A stretch of 64,000 nucleotides of DNA from Longimicrobiales bacterium (lineage in GTDB: Bacteria; Gemmatimonadota; Gemmatimonadetes; Longimicrobiales; Gaopeijiaceae), in the NCBI GenBank assembly GCA_041690395.1, contig JAWLHJ010000005.1, forward strand, positions 224,001 through 288,000, written 5' to 3'. Below, piece by piece: positions 10,687 to 23,227 of the stretch (the stretch's first letter is position 1; every line of letters starts with the position of its first letter). The notes below the pieces were generated by a model. It saw nothing but the letters and a program-made list of their open reading frames with translations. It was not told the DNA's origin and searched no databases. Position numbers and translations under genes: made by a program.

Positions 10687-11817
10687 ATGACCGACCGTAT
10701 CGAAGCGGCGCCGGCTACTGGGGCCCGTATCTCCGACTACGACTACGAGCTCCCGGACGACCGTATCGCGCGTTATCCGGCGGAGCACCGGGACGAGAGT
10801 CGGTTGCTCGTGGTCCCTCCCGAGGACGGCGTGCCGTTCCGGCACCTGCGCTTCAGGGACGTCACCGAGCTGCTCCGACCGGGCGACCTCCTGGTCGTGA
10901 ACGAGAGCCGGGTGAGGCCGGCGAGGCTACTCGGCCGGAAGCCGACCGGAGCGCCGGCGGAGATCCTGCTGTTGGGGCCGGCGGATACGGTGCGGGAGCG
11001 GGACGGTGGCGGGCCCCGCGACGGACCCGACGACGACCCGCGCGACTGGGTCGCCCTCGTCCGCCCGGGTAGCAAGCTCAAGCCCGGCCGGACCGTCGAC
11101 GTGGCCGACGACCTCACCGTCGAGATCCTCGATTCCGCGCCGGGCGGCGGGCGGGTGGTGCGCCTGCACACCACCGGCTCCGTCGAGGCGGCCATCGAGC
11201 GGCACGGCCACATGCCGCTCCCCCCGTACATCGACCGGGACGACGAGCCCCTCGACCGGGAGCGCTACCAGACCGTGTACGCGCGCGACCCCGGCTCCGT
11301 CGCCGCCCCTACCGCCGGCCTCCATTTCACCGACGAGCTCCTCGCACGAATCGAGGCGATGGGCGTGCGCCGGGCTGCCGTCTCGCTCCACGTGGGCATC
11401 GGCACGTTCCGGCCCGTCGAGGCGGACGACCCCACCGAGCACGAGATGCACCACGAGACCTACTTCGTACCGGAGTCCGTGGCTGAAGCGGTGGCCGAGA
11501 CACGCGCGGCGGGCGGCAGGGTCTGGGCGGTGGGCACCACGGTCGTGCGCACGCTCGAGGCGGCCGCCGGGCCGGACGGGCAGGTGCGCCCGGGGCCGGG
11601 CTCGACCGACCTCTTCATCCGTCCGCCCTACGACTTTCGGGTGGTCGACGCGCTCATCACCAACTTCCACCTGCCACGCTCCACGCTCCTCATGCTCGTG
11701 GCCGCGCTCGGTGGGTACGACCGGGTGATGGAGGCGTACGGCGAAGCCATCGCCGAGGGATACCGCTTCTACTCTTACGGAGACGCCATGGCGCTGGTGC
11801 GCCGAGGGAGGCTCTGA
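10687..11817 (+). CDS. queA: tRNA preQ1(34) S-adenosylmethionine ribosyltransferase-isomerase QueA
   Basis: DYDYELP, PLPPYI, YQTVYA, SVAAPTAGLHFT, LHVGIGTFRPV, AVGTTVVRTLE, TNFHLPRSTL, YRFYSYGDAM. Confidence 0.98.
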   Translation: MTDRIEAAPATGARISDYDYELPDDRIARYPAEHRDESRLLVVPPEDGVPFRHLRFRDVTELLRPGDLLVVNESRVRPARLLGRKPTGAPAEILLLGPADTVRERDGGGPRDGPDDDPRDWVALVRPGSKLKPGRTVDVADDLTVEILDSAPGGGRVVRLHTTGSVEAAIERHGHMPLPPYIDRDDEPLDRERYQTVYARDPGSVAAPTAGLHFTDELLARIEAMGVRRAAVSLHVGIGTFRPVEADDPTEHEMHHETYFVPESVAEAVAETRAAGGRVWAVGTTVVRTLEAAAGPDGQVRPGPGSTDLFIRPPYDFRVVDALITNFHLPRSTLLMLVAALGGYDRVMEAYGEAIAEGYRFYSYGDAMALVRRGRL

Positions 11818-13433
11818 TGCCGTTCGAATCCATTGCCAAGTGGTCGACGCTCCCGGACCGCACGCCGCGCCACGCCCTCGTGGCCGGTGTCGACCTGGTG
11901 GTGATCCGGTACGGGAGCGAGGTGTCGGTCCTGTATGGTCGCTGCCTGCACCGCGGGGCGCTGCTCGGCGACGGGCACGTGGAGGGCGACAACCTCATCT
12001 GCGGGCTGCACCACTGGGACTACCGCATCGACTCCGGGGTGAGCGAGTACGACAACTCCGAGGCCCTGTTCAAGTTCGATGCGTATGTCGACGCCGACGC
12101 GGATTCGGTGCTGGTGGACGGCGATCAGGTGGCTGCGTGGGCCCGCGAGCATCCGCAGCCGTGGAAGCGGGACGAGTACCTCGGCGCGTACCAGGAGGCC
12201 CATGCACCCGACGTGGAGCCGGCGAACCCCTACATCCAGCGGCTGGCGCGCGAGGGGCTCTCCGTGCTCGGGCACCACGGACGGGTCGAGGCGATGGGCG
12301 TGCCGCGCTCGGAGCTCCCGGGCTGGGACGACATCCAGATCGTCACCGGGCAGTTCGCCAGGCGACCGCTGGCCGACGACGCGCCGGTGTCCACCGAGGT
12401 CGTTCTCGGACCGCGGGCGGACCGCCCGCTCCGGCTGGACATCCCCCTCCTGGTGTCGGACATGAGCTTCGGCGCGCTGTCCCGGGAGGCGAAGATCGCG
12501 CTGGCGCGAGGTGCGGACTGGGCCGGGACCGGCATCTGCTCGGGTGAAGGAGGCATGCTTCGGGAGGAGCACGCCGAGAACTCCCGGTATCTGTACGAGC
12601 TGGCCTCCGGACGCTTCGGTTGGTCGTTGGACCGGGTGCGCGACGTCCAGGCGTTCCATTTCAAGGGCGGCCAGGGAGCCAAGACCGGGACCGGCGGCCA
12701 CCTGCCGGGTCACAAGGTCACCGAGGAGATCGCCCGCGTACGGGGTCTGGAGGCCGGCCAGCCGGCCGTCAGCCCCTCACGGTTCGAGGAGCTGGCCACG
12801 GTCGACGACTTCCGCGCGCTCGGCGAGCAGGTCCGTGAAGCCTCGGGCGGTATTCCGGTCGGCTTCAAGATGTCGGCGCAGCACATCGAGGACGACCTGG
12901 ACTTCGCTTTGGAGGCCGGCGCGGACTACGTGATCCTGGATGGGCGCGGCGGGGGCACCGGCGCCGCCCCGCTCCTCTTCCGGGACCACATATCGGTACC
13001 GACGCTCGCGGCCCTGGCCCGGGCCAGGCGTCATCTGGACCTCCGGGGAGCGGACGACGTGTCCCTGGTCATCACCGGCGGCCTCCGCACCGAGACCGAC
13101 TTCGTGAAGGCGCTGGCCCTGGGCGCCGACGCCGTCGCCGTGGCGAATTCGGCCATGCAGGCCATCGGGTGCCTGGGCATGCGGGCCTGCCACACCAACA
13201 ACTGCCCCGTGGGGATCGCGACGCAGAAGGACGATCTCCGGGCGCGCTTCGTGGTCGACACGTCCGCGCAGCGCCTCACCAACTTCCTCCAGGCGTCCGT
13301 CGCTCTCATGCAGGTCCTGGCCCGGGCCTGCGGACGCGACGAGCTGGCCGGTTTCGAGCCGTCGGACCTCACGGCGTGGAAGCGGGAGATCGCCGACCTC
13401 ACGGGTATCCGGTACGCGGGGGTGGGTGGGTAG
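11817..13433 (+). CDS. Rieske [2Fe-2S] domain fused to FMN-binding glutamate-synthase-like domain
   Basis: Rieske CLHRG...CGLHHW; SDMSFGALSREAK, CSGEGGM, FKGGQGAKTGTGGHLP, DGRGGGTGAAP, 3Fe-4S motif CLGMRACHTNNCP; TGATG overlap with the queA stop. Confidence 0.88.
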   Translation: MPFESIAKWSTLPDRTPRHALVAGVDLVVIRYGSEVSVLYGRCLHRGALLGDGHVEGDNLICGLHHWDYRIDSGVSEYDNSEALFKFDAYVDADADSVLVDGDQVAAWAREHPQPWKRDEYLGAYQEAHAPDVEPANPYIQRLAREGLSVLGHHGRVEAMGVPRSELPGWDDIQIVTGQFARRPLADDAPVSTEVVLGPRADRPLRLDIPLLVSDMSFGALSREAKIALARGADWAGTGICSGEGGMLREEHAENSRYLYELASGRFGWSLDRVRDVQAFHFKGGQGAKTGTGGHLPGHKVTEEIARVRGLEAGQPAVSPSRFEELATVDDFRALGEQVREASGGIPVGFKMSAQHIEDDLDFALEAGADYVILDGRGGGTGAAPLLFRDHISVPTLAALARARRHLDLRGADDVSLVITGGLRTETDFVKALALGADAVAVANSAMQAIGCLGMRACHTNNCPVGIATQKDDLRARFVVDTSAQRLTNFLQASVALMQVLARACGRDELAGFEPSDLTAWKREIADLTGIRYAGVGG

Positions 13434-13449
13434 CGCTACCGTACCCGCC

Positions 13450-13635
13450 CACGTTCACCACGCCCCACGGCGCCCTCCACACGCCCGCCTTCATGCCGGT
13501 CGGCACGCTCGGCACCGTGAAGAGCGTGAGCATGTCCGAGGTCGGCGACCTGGGCGCGGAGATGGTGCTCGCCAACCCGTACCACCGCCGGGGGCACGAG
13601 CTGGTCCGACAGCTCGGCGGGCTCCACGACTTCAT
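13450..13635 (+). pseudogene. tgt: 5' fragment of a diverged tgt allele
   Basis: Aligns to tgt 16393-16587; first 54 nt identical, then mostly synonymous changes and a 9-nt deletion; no native start. Confidence 0.9.
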
Positions 13636-14044
13636 TGGGTATCGGAACGTTCCGGCCGGTGGAGGCCGACGACCCCGCCGACCACGAGATGCATCACGAG
13701 ACGTACGTGGTGCCGGAGTCGGTGTCCGACGCGGTAGCGGAGACGCGCGAGGCGGGAGGGCGGGTGTGGGGGGGGGGACCACGGTGGTGCGCGCGCTGGA
13801 GGTGGCGGCGGAGCCCGACGGGCGGGTGCGGTCCGGTCCAGGGTCCACGGACCTCTTCATCCGGCCGCCGTCCGACTTCCGGGTGGTGGACGCCGTTATC
13901 ACGAACATCCACCTGCCGCGCTCCACGCTCCTGATGCTGGCGGCGGCCTTCGGTGGCTACGAGCGGGTGATGGCGGCCTGCGAGATCGCGGTGCGGGAGG
14001 GGTATCGGTTTTACTCGTACGGAGATGCCATGGCGCTGGTACGC
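13636..14044 (+). pseudogene. queA: 3' fragment of a diverged queA allele, frameshifted
   Basis: Aligns to queA 11393-11802 (GIGTFRPV ... YRFYSYGDAMALVR); many third-position changes; net -1 frameshift in a G10 run at 13768-13777. Confidence 0.9.
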
Positions 14045-14235
14045 GACCCTTCCACCTGGAGCTACCATGCCCGGATCAGTGAGGGCACCATTCGGCTCCT
14101 GTTCCTGCACGAGCGTCTGGACCCAGCGGTGAGCCCGCCGAGCCCTTGGACACCGCCCCTCTCGGATATGGGGTATCACGCCACCACGCCCTGAGATCGC
14201 GCAAGCGACCTTCCCGTTGAGAGGCCGCTGCCCAG

Positions 14236-14289
14236 AAGATGCGGAAGTCCCGCCGGAGACCCGTGGTTCCGGCGGGGCTTCCGCGTCTT
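14236..14289. terminator. Long stem-loop, probable terminator
   Basis: AAGATGCGGAAGTCCCGCCGGA / TCCGGCGGGGCTTCCGCGTCTT, 22-bp stem with two G-U pairs, 10-nt loop. Confidence 0.6.
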
Positions 14290-14799
14290 GATCGTCATCC
14301 TGTCGCGCTCGGAACTCGAAGTCGCGGGCGGGCGAGAGCGGCGGCTTGCTGGAGGGGCCGCGTGGCGGTGAACCATGAATCGGTGCCGCCCCGAAGGGAG
14401 CGGCGTCATGTGTTCGCCGGATGTGGCGCCGGGTTTGGCGAGCGCGGGAGTGGTGGGCCGGCGCGCGTCACGGTTCCGCCGCATATGGCGGTGGATGCGA
14501 CAAGGGCGGGCGTGGCCACTCGGGCATGTGCGCTTTCCGCCAGGCTCGTTGCGGCCGGCTGTGGTCCGGCGACGGGGCCGCCGAGCCCGGCCGTGACGCC
14601 ACGCGACCGGGTCACCTCGCGCCCAGCCGTGGCCGCCGAGCCGTCGGCTGGGCCCGCGCTTCGAAGGATGTCACGTCGGTGCATGGAGATACGACCCTCC
14701 TCGGACGGGTCCAGGAATCTGTTAGTCTTCGGGCTTGTCTCCACACGTCGCCATGCGCGGCCGTGAGTCCCCGACCCTCGAGTCGAATCGTCTTCTGGG

Positions 14800-17808
<3,009 letters not shown>

Positions 17809-17863
17809 CGGGGCGTCGCGCGATCGCCCACGGGCCCGCGCGCCGTTCGAACCCACGACCGAC

Positions 17864-18379
17864 ATGGCTCTACGCGACATCGTACTCCTCGGAGATCCCG
17901 TGCTGCGCCGCGAGGCGGACGAGGTCACGTCGTTCGACGACGACCTCCGGGCGCTGGTGCGCGACATGTTCGAGACGATGTACCACGCGGAGGGAATCGG
18001 GCTGGCCGCGCCACAGATCGGCCTTTCGCAGCGGATCATCGTGGTCGACCTCCGGCGCGAGGAGCGCCCGGAGGAGCGCCTGGCCATCATCAACCCGCGG
18101 GTGGTCTGGGAGAGCACCGCGAAGGAGAAGGAGCCCGAGGGGTGCCTGAGCATTCCCGGGCTCGAGGAAGTCGTCGAGCGTCCGGCGGCGGTCCGCGTCG
18201 AGGGCCTCGACCCGACGGGTGAGCCGCTCAGCATCGAGGCCGACGAGCTCTTCGGGCGCGCCCTGCAGCACGAGATCGATCACGTGGACGGCATCCTCTT
18301 TCTCGACCGGGTCACCCCGCTCAAACGGCGCATGCTGCTGAAGAAGTGGAAGAAGCTGCGCGAAGACGAAGCCGAATGA
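17864..18379 (+). CDS. def: Peptide deformylase
   Basis: GIGLAAPQIG, EGCLSIP, QHEIDH. Confidence 0.97.
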   Translation: MALRDIVLLGDPVLRREADEVTSFDDDLRALVRDMFETMYHAEGIGLAAPQIGLSQRIIVVDLRREERPEERLAIINPRVVWESTAKEKEPEGCLSIPGLEEVVERPAAVRVEGLDPTGEPLSIEADELFGRALQHEIDHVDGILFLDRVTPLKRRMLLKKWKKLREDEAE

Positions 18380-19356
18380 AGATCCTCTTCTGGGGCACCC
18401 CCGACTTCGCCGTGCCGTCGCTGCGTGCGCTGGTGGGCGAGGGCTTCGACATCGTGGGCGTGGTGACGCAGCCCGACCGCCCCGCCGGCCGGGGACGCCA
18501 CGTCACGCCTTCCCCTGTGAAGCAGGTGGCCCTCGACGAAGGACTCACGGTGCTCACGCCGGAACGGCCCCAGGGCGACGACTTCCTGTCGCTCATCCGC
18601 GATCTGGCCCCGGACGTCTCGGTCGTGGTGGCGTACGGGCACATCCTGAAGCGGGAGGTCCTGGACGTGCCGCGGCTCGGGTCGATCAACCTGCACGCCT
18701 CGCTCCTTCCGAAGCTCCGCGGCGCCGCACCCATCAACTGGGCCATAGCGCGCGGCCATGAGGAGACCGGGGTGACCGTCATGCGCATGGTCGAGGCCAT
18801 GGACGCCGGACCCATGATCCATCAGGTGGTCGAGCCCATCCTGGCGGACGAGACCGCCGGCGAGCTCACCATCCGGCTCTCCGAGTTGGGGGCCGCGGCG
18901 CTGGTCGAGTCGCTCGCCTTCCTCGACGCCGGCCTGGCCGAGGAGGAGGAGCAGGACGACGGCGAGGCGACGTACGCGCCCAAGCTCGACCGGGAGACGG
19001 CGCGCATCGACTGGAGCCGCCCGGCGGTGGAGATCGGTTGCCACGTCCGCGCGATGGACCCGGCGCCGGGCCCGTGGACGACGCTGGACGGCGCGGCGGT
19101 GAAGCTCTTCCGTCCGAGCGTGGTCGAGGGCGAATTCAACGTCGATCAGGGGAGCGCCGGCAATGGGCGCGATCCACTGGCGGAGCCGGTCGAGCCCGGT
19201 ACCGTCGTCGCCGCGGATCCCGCCGAGGGCGTGCTCGTGGCGGCGGCCTGGGGCGCGGTCCTCTTCGCCGAGGTCCAGCCGCCCGGGAAGCGCCGAATGA
19301 GGGCCGCCGATTGGATCAACGGGCGGGGCGTGGCGGTCGGGCAGACGTTCGAGTAG
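18376..19356 (+). CDS. fmt: Methionyl-tRNA formyltransferase
   Basis: MKILFWGTPDFA, TQPDRPAGRG, NLHASLLPKLRGAAPI, MDAG; ATGA overlap with def. Confidence 0.97.
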   Translation: MKILFWGTPDFAVPSLRALVGEGFDIVGVVTQPDRPAGRGRHVTPSPVKQVALDEGLTVLTPERPQGDDFLSLIRDLAPDVSVVVAYGHILKREVLDVPRLGSINLHASLLPKLRGAAPINWAIARGHEETGVTVMRMVEAMDAGPMIHQVVEPILADETAGELTIRLSELGAAALVESLAFLDAGLAEEEEQDDGEATYAPKLDRETARIDWSRPAVEIGCHVRAMDPAPGPWTTLDGAAVKLFRPSVVEGEFNVDQGSAGNGRDPLAEPVEPGTVVAADPAEGVLVAAAWGAVLFAEVQPPGKRRMRAADWINGRGVAVGQTFE

Positions 19357-19365
19357 CCGTAGGCC

Positions 19366-20004
19366 ATGCCGGCGGGATGGATTCCCCGACTGCACGTCGT
19401 CACCGACTCGCGTACGCTCGAGCGTCCGGACTTCGTGGTGCTCGCCCGCGAGGTGTTGGCCGCGGGTGGGGCCCGACTCGCGCTGCACGTCCGCGGGCCG
19501 GCGACGGACGGGAGGACGGTCCACGACCTTGCGGTGGCGCTGCGGTCGCCGGCCCGGGACGCGGGGGCACGGCTCCTCGTGAACGACCGCGTGGACGTGG
19601 CGTTGGCGGCGGGGCTGGATGGAGCCCATCTGGGCGAGCGGTCGCTCCCGGTAACCGAGGCACGGCGCCTTCTCGGGGGCGAGCGCCTGATCGGAGCGTC
19701 CGTCCACGACCGGGGCCGGGCGCGCGCCGCGTGCGAGGAAGGCGCGAATTACGCCTTTGTGGGTACCATCTTCTCCACGCCGAGCCACCCGGGCCGGACG
19801 GGCATCGGCGTTTCGGGCATGGCCGCGATCCTCGAGGCGGCTCCCGGCTTTCCCATGCTCGGCATCGGTGGCGTGTCGGTGGCCAGGGTCGCCGATGTCG
19901 TCCGAGCGGGCGCCTACGGTGTCGCCGTGCTCGGGGGGGTCTGGGCGGCTCGGGATCCGGTGGCCGCCGTGAGCGAGTATCTTGTCGCGCTGGAGGAGGA
20001 CTGA
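19366..20004 (+). CDS. thiE: Thiamine phosphate synthase (ThiE/TenI family)
   Basis: LLVNDRVDVA, DGAHLG, IGASVH, GTIFSTPSHPG, GIGGV; adjacent to thiS and thiG. Confidence 0.8.
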   Translation: MPAGWIPRLHVVTDSRTLERPDFVVLAREVLAAGGARLALHVRGPATDGRTVHDLAVALRSPARDAGARLLVNDRVDVALAAGLDGAHLGERSLPVTEARRLLGGERLIGASVHDRGRARAACEEGANYAFVGTIFSTPSHPGRTGIGVSGMAAILEAAPGFPMLGIGGVSVARVADVVRAGAYGVAVLGGVWAARDPVAAVSEYLVALEED

Positions 20005-20225
20005 TGAATACGACGAAGACTACGGTGAGCGTGCAGCTCAACGGCAAACCCGCGGAGGTCGAGGACGGCCTGTCCGTCAACGGGCTCCTGGAATCGCTCG
20101 ACCTCCGACCCGGCATGGTGGTGGTCGAGCTGAACCGTGAGATCCTGCCGTGCGACCGATACGAAGAGTTCACGATAGGCGAAGGCGACACGATCGAGCT
20201 CGTGCACTTCGTCGGTGGAGGGTGA
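20004..20225 (+). CDS. thiS: Sulfur carrier protein ThiS
   Basis: 73 aa; VVVELNREI...GDTIELVHFVGGG C-terminus; GGAGGA SD. Confidence 0.95.
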   Translation: MNTTKTTVSVQLNGKPAEVEDGLSVNGLLESLDLRPGMVVVELNREILPCDRYEEFTIGEGDTIELVHFVGGG

Positions 20226-20226
20226 G

Positions 20227-21015
20227 ATGACGGAAGACGCGCTCGACACGCCCCTCGTGGTGGGCGGGCACACGCTCGCTTCCCGCCTGATCGTCGGGAC
20301 CGGCAAGTACACGACCAACCAGGTGATGATCGACGCGATCCGCGCGTCGGGGGCCGACATGGTGACCGTCGCCGTCCGGCGGGTCGACCTCGACCGGACG
20401 CAGGAGGAGGGCATCCTCCACCACCTCGACCCGAAAGAATTCTTCCTGCTCGCGAACACCGCCGGCTGCTACACCGCCGAGGACGCCGTGCGCTACGCCC
20501 GACTCGCGCGCGCGGCCGGCTTCAACGAGTTCGTGAAGCTCGAGGTCATCGGCGACGAGGCGACGCTCCTGCCGGACGTGCAGGCGACCCTCGAAGCCGC
20601 GAAGACGCTCTCGGACGAAGGCTTCAAGGTCATGGCGTACACGAACGACGACCTCATCACCGCGCTCCGCCTCGAGGACGCCGGATGCGTCGCGGTCATG
20701 CCGCTCGCCAGCCCCATCGGGAGCGGGCTCGGCGTGGTGAATCCCTACTTCATTCGCGAGATCAAGCGGCGCCTCGAGGTGCCGGTGATCGTCGACGCGG
20801 GCGTGGGGACCGCCTCGGACGCATGCGTGACCATGGAGCAGGGCGTGGACGGCGTGCTCATGAACACCGCGCTGGCCGCCGCGGACGATCCGGTCCGGAT
20901 GGCCCACGCGATGCGCCATGCCATTCGTGCGGGACGCCTCGCGTACCTGGCCGGACGGATGCCGTCGCGTGAGATCGCCGTGCCGTCGTCGCCCACCCGG
21001 GGGATGCTCGACTGA
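20227..21015 (+). CDS. thiG: Thiazole synthase ThiG
   Basis: SRLIVGTGKY, TVAVRRV, NTAGC, KLEVIGD, MPLASPIGSGLG, VDAGVGTASDA. Confidence 0.97.
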   Translation: MTEDALDTPLVVGGHTLASRLIVGTGKYTTNQVMIDAIRASGADMVTVAVRRVDLDRTQEEGILHHLDPKEFFLLANTAGCYTAEDAVRYARLARAAGFNEFVKLEVIGDEATLLPDVQATLEAAKTLSDEGFKVMAYTNDDLITALRLEDAGCVAVMPLASPIGSGLGVVNPYFIREIKRRLEVPVIVDAGVGTASDACVTMEQGVDGVLMNTALAAADDPVRMAHAMRHAIRAGRLAYLAGRMPSREIAVPSSPTRGMLD

Positions 21016-22319
21016 AGCGAGCGTCCGCCGCCAGGGAGGCGGCGTTTCGGATTCGGACCGAGGTCGAGCGGGGCCGCCGGCTGGATCTCGCGTTCGGTGC
21101 CAGGGCGGCCCGGCTCGAGGACCGGGACCGTGGCTTCGTACATGAGCTCACCTACGGAACTACCCGTCTGCGGGGACGGCTCGACCATCTCATAGGCCGC
21201 TTCGTGGACCGCGGGCTCGACTCCCTCGACCCGAAGGTGCTGGAGGTGTTGCGCCTCGGCGCGTACCAGGCGCTCTACATGGACGGGGTGCCGGCGTTCG
21301 CGGCGGTGTCCGAGTCGGTCGATCTGGCGCGCGACGTCGCGGGTGCCAAACCCACCGGCCTCGTCAACGCGGTGCTGCGCCGGGTCGTGGAGGCCGGAGA
21401 CGGACCGGGGCGCTTTCCGGATCCGGAGCGCGATCCACTCGGCTTCCTGGAGCATTGGGGATCGCATCCGCGGTGGCTCCTGGAGCGCTGGCTCGAGCGC
21501 TGGCCGTTCCAGGAAGTGCGGGCGCTGGTCGAGTCCGACAACCGGCGACCACCCACCTACCTGGTCGCGCTCGATCTCCCCGGGGAGGAAGTCCTGGACC
21601 TGCTCTCCGGGGCGGACGTGGCCGCCACGCTGGTCGCCGAGGATCCGACGTGTGTCCGGCTTCCCGACGAAGCACACCCGCGTGACGCGCTCGCCGCCGT
21701 GCCGGGCTCGATCATCCAGGATCCTGCCGCGGGGCTCGTCGGCAGGTACGCGGATATCCCGGAAGGCACGGACGTTGCAGATCTGTGTGCGGCGCCCGGA
21801 GGTAAGGCGCTGGCGGTGTCGGGCCGGGCCGGGCGGCTGGTCGCGGCGGACCTCTCCGAAGCGCGTCTCCGGCTGGTTCGGGAGAACGCGGCGCGCACCG
21901 GGCGAAGCGTGCATTGCGTGGTGGCTGACGCCCTGAGGCCGGCCATTCGGCGCGTGGACGTGGTTTTGCTGGACGTGCCGTGCTCCGGAACGGGAACGCT
22001 GGCACGGCATCCGGATGCGCGTTGGCGCCTCGATCCGGCCGCGATCGGGCGCTTCGCCGCGCTGCAGGAACGGCTCCTGGAGGCGGCTGCGGACCGGGTC
22101 ACGCCGGGGGGGGTGCTCGTCTACTCGACCTGCACGCTGGAGCCGGAGGAGAACGGGGACCGTATCGACCGGTTCCTGGGTACGCATGCCAACTTCCAGT
22201 TGGAGGCGACGGGGTCCGTCCCCGACAATACGATGGATGCCGTGGGGTGCCTGTCCGTGACGCCCCAGGGCTCGGGGCACGACGGCGCGTTCGCCGCGAG
22301 GATGAGGAGAATCGGATGA
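21012..22319 (+). CDS. rsmB: 16S rRNA m5C967 methyltransferase RsmB/Sun (NusB-like N-terminus)
   Basis: Frame is open upstream of GTG 21204 with homologous DRGFVHELTYGTTR, so the start is probably CTG 21012; GLVNAVLR, SHPRWL, DLCAAPGGK, DVPCSGTG, YSTCTLEPEEN. Confidence 0.9.
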   Translation: MKRASAAREAAFRIRTEVERGRRLDLAFGARAARLEDRDRGFVHELTYGTTRLRGRLDHLIGRFVDRGLDSLDPKVLEVLRLGAYQALYMDGVPAFAAVSESVDLARDVAGAKPTGLVNAVLRRVVEAGDGPGRFPDPERDPLGFLEHWGSHPRWLLERWLERWPFQEVRALVESDNRRPPTYLVALDLPGEEVLDLLSGADVAATLVAEDPTCVRLPDEAHPRDALAAVPGSIIQDPAAGLVGRYADIPEGTDVADLCAAPGGKALAVSGRAGRLVAADLSEARLRLVRENAARTGRSVHCVVADALRPAIRRVDVVLLDVPCSGTGTLARHPDARWRLDPAAIGRFAALQERLLEAAADRVTPGGVLVYSTCTLEPEENGDRIDRFLGTHANFQLEATGSVPDNTMDAVGCLSVTPQGSGHDGAFAARMRRIG

Positions 22320-23122
22320 AGCTGGGTGGCTCACTGGAGCGTAGACGCAGGCGAGGACGGCGGAGCCCGGACGACGGGGGGAGCCGTTTCTCGTTGTCGG
22401 AGCTCGGCGGCAAGGTCGCCCTGGGAGTCGTCGGACTCGCGTTCGTCGGTTGGTTCGTGGGCTATATGATCGCCACCCGCGTCGTTTTCCCTGCGCCGCC
22501 TCCGCCGGGAGACATGTTCGAGGTGCCCGACCTGAGCGGAGTGGACGTCGAGACCGCGCGCGAGCGCCTCTCGGGCGCGAGCCTCGAGCTCGGGGACGTC
22601 GATTCCATCGCGCACCCGACCGTGCCCGACGCACGGGTGGTGGGGCAGTCCCCGCTTCCCGGCCAGGCCGCCCTCCCCGGTAGCGCCGTGAGCGTGACGC
22701 TCAGCCTCGGCCCGCAGACGCGGTCGGTCCCCGACGTGCTGGGGCTGGCGGCGAACCAGGCCATGATCGTGCTCGAGGCCAGCGGCTTCGTCGTGCGCGC
22801 GGACTCGGTCGAGAGCGAGGATCCGCGGGGGCGGGTGGTCGCGATCACACCCGGACCGGACCGCGTCGTGGCGCTTCCGGCCGAGGTCCGGATCCGGATC
22901 AGCACCGGGCCACCCTCGCTCTTCATGCCGTTGGTGCTCGGTCTGGAGGAGGCGGAGGCCGTGTCCATGCTCGACTCCCTCGGGTTCGTCGTGATGGAGG
23001 TGGAGGAGGTGTTCCGCTTCGGGCGGGACCAGGGCATCGTGGTCGAGCAGGAGCCTGCCGCGGATACGGAGCTGCAGAGGGGGGCGGAGGTCCGCCTCTC
23101 GGTCGGTCGGCGCGGTGGCTGA
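22316..23122 (+). CDS. PASTA domain-containing membrane protein (three PASTA repeats)
   Basis: One TM helix, then VPDLSG / VPDVLG / MPLVLG repeats with VVxQxP; ATGA overlap with rsmB. Confidence 0.88.
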   Translation: MKLGGSLERRRRRGRRSPDDGGSRFSLSELGGKVALGVVGLAFVGWFVGYMIATRVVFPAPPPPGDMFEVPDLSGVDVETARERLSGASLELGDVDSIAHPTVPDARVVGQSPLPGQAALPGSAVSVTLSLGPQTRSVPDVLGLAANQAMIVLEASGFVVRADSVESEDPRGRVVAITPGPDRVVALPAEVRIRISTGPPSLFMPLVLGLEEAEAVSMLDSLGFVVMEVEEVFRFGRDQGIVVEQEPAADTELQRGAEVRLSVGRRGG

Positions 23123-23227
23123 CCGCCCGCGGCCCAGGGGAACAATACCGCCCGTCGTTCGTAGCATTCCGGGCACTCGCCCGGTGCGTGTCCACCCGTT
23201 TCGCGTCCGCCTTTGGGACTGGTCTCC

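Noticed and set aside
13169..14194. 341-aa ORF as a real Tgt-QueA fusion gene
   Set aside because: It starts inside the Rieske-GltS gene in another frame, includes an out-of-frame nonsense segment, and lacks most catalytic parts of both enzymes; it is a by-product of the two fragments.
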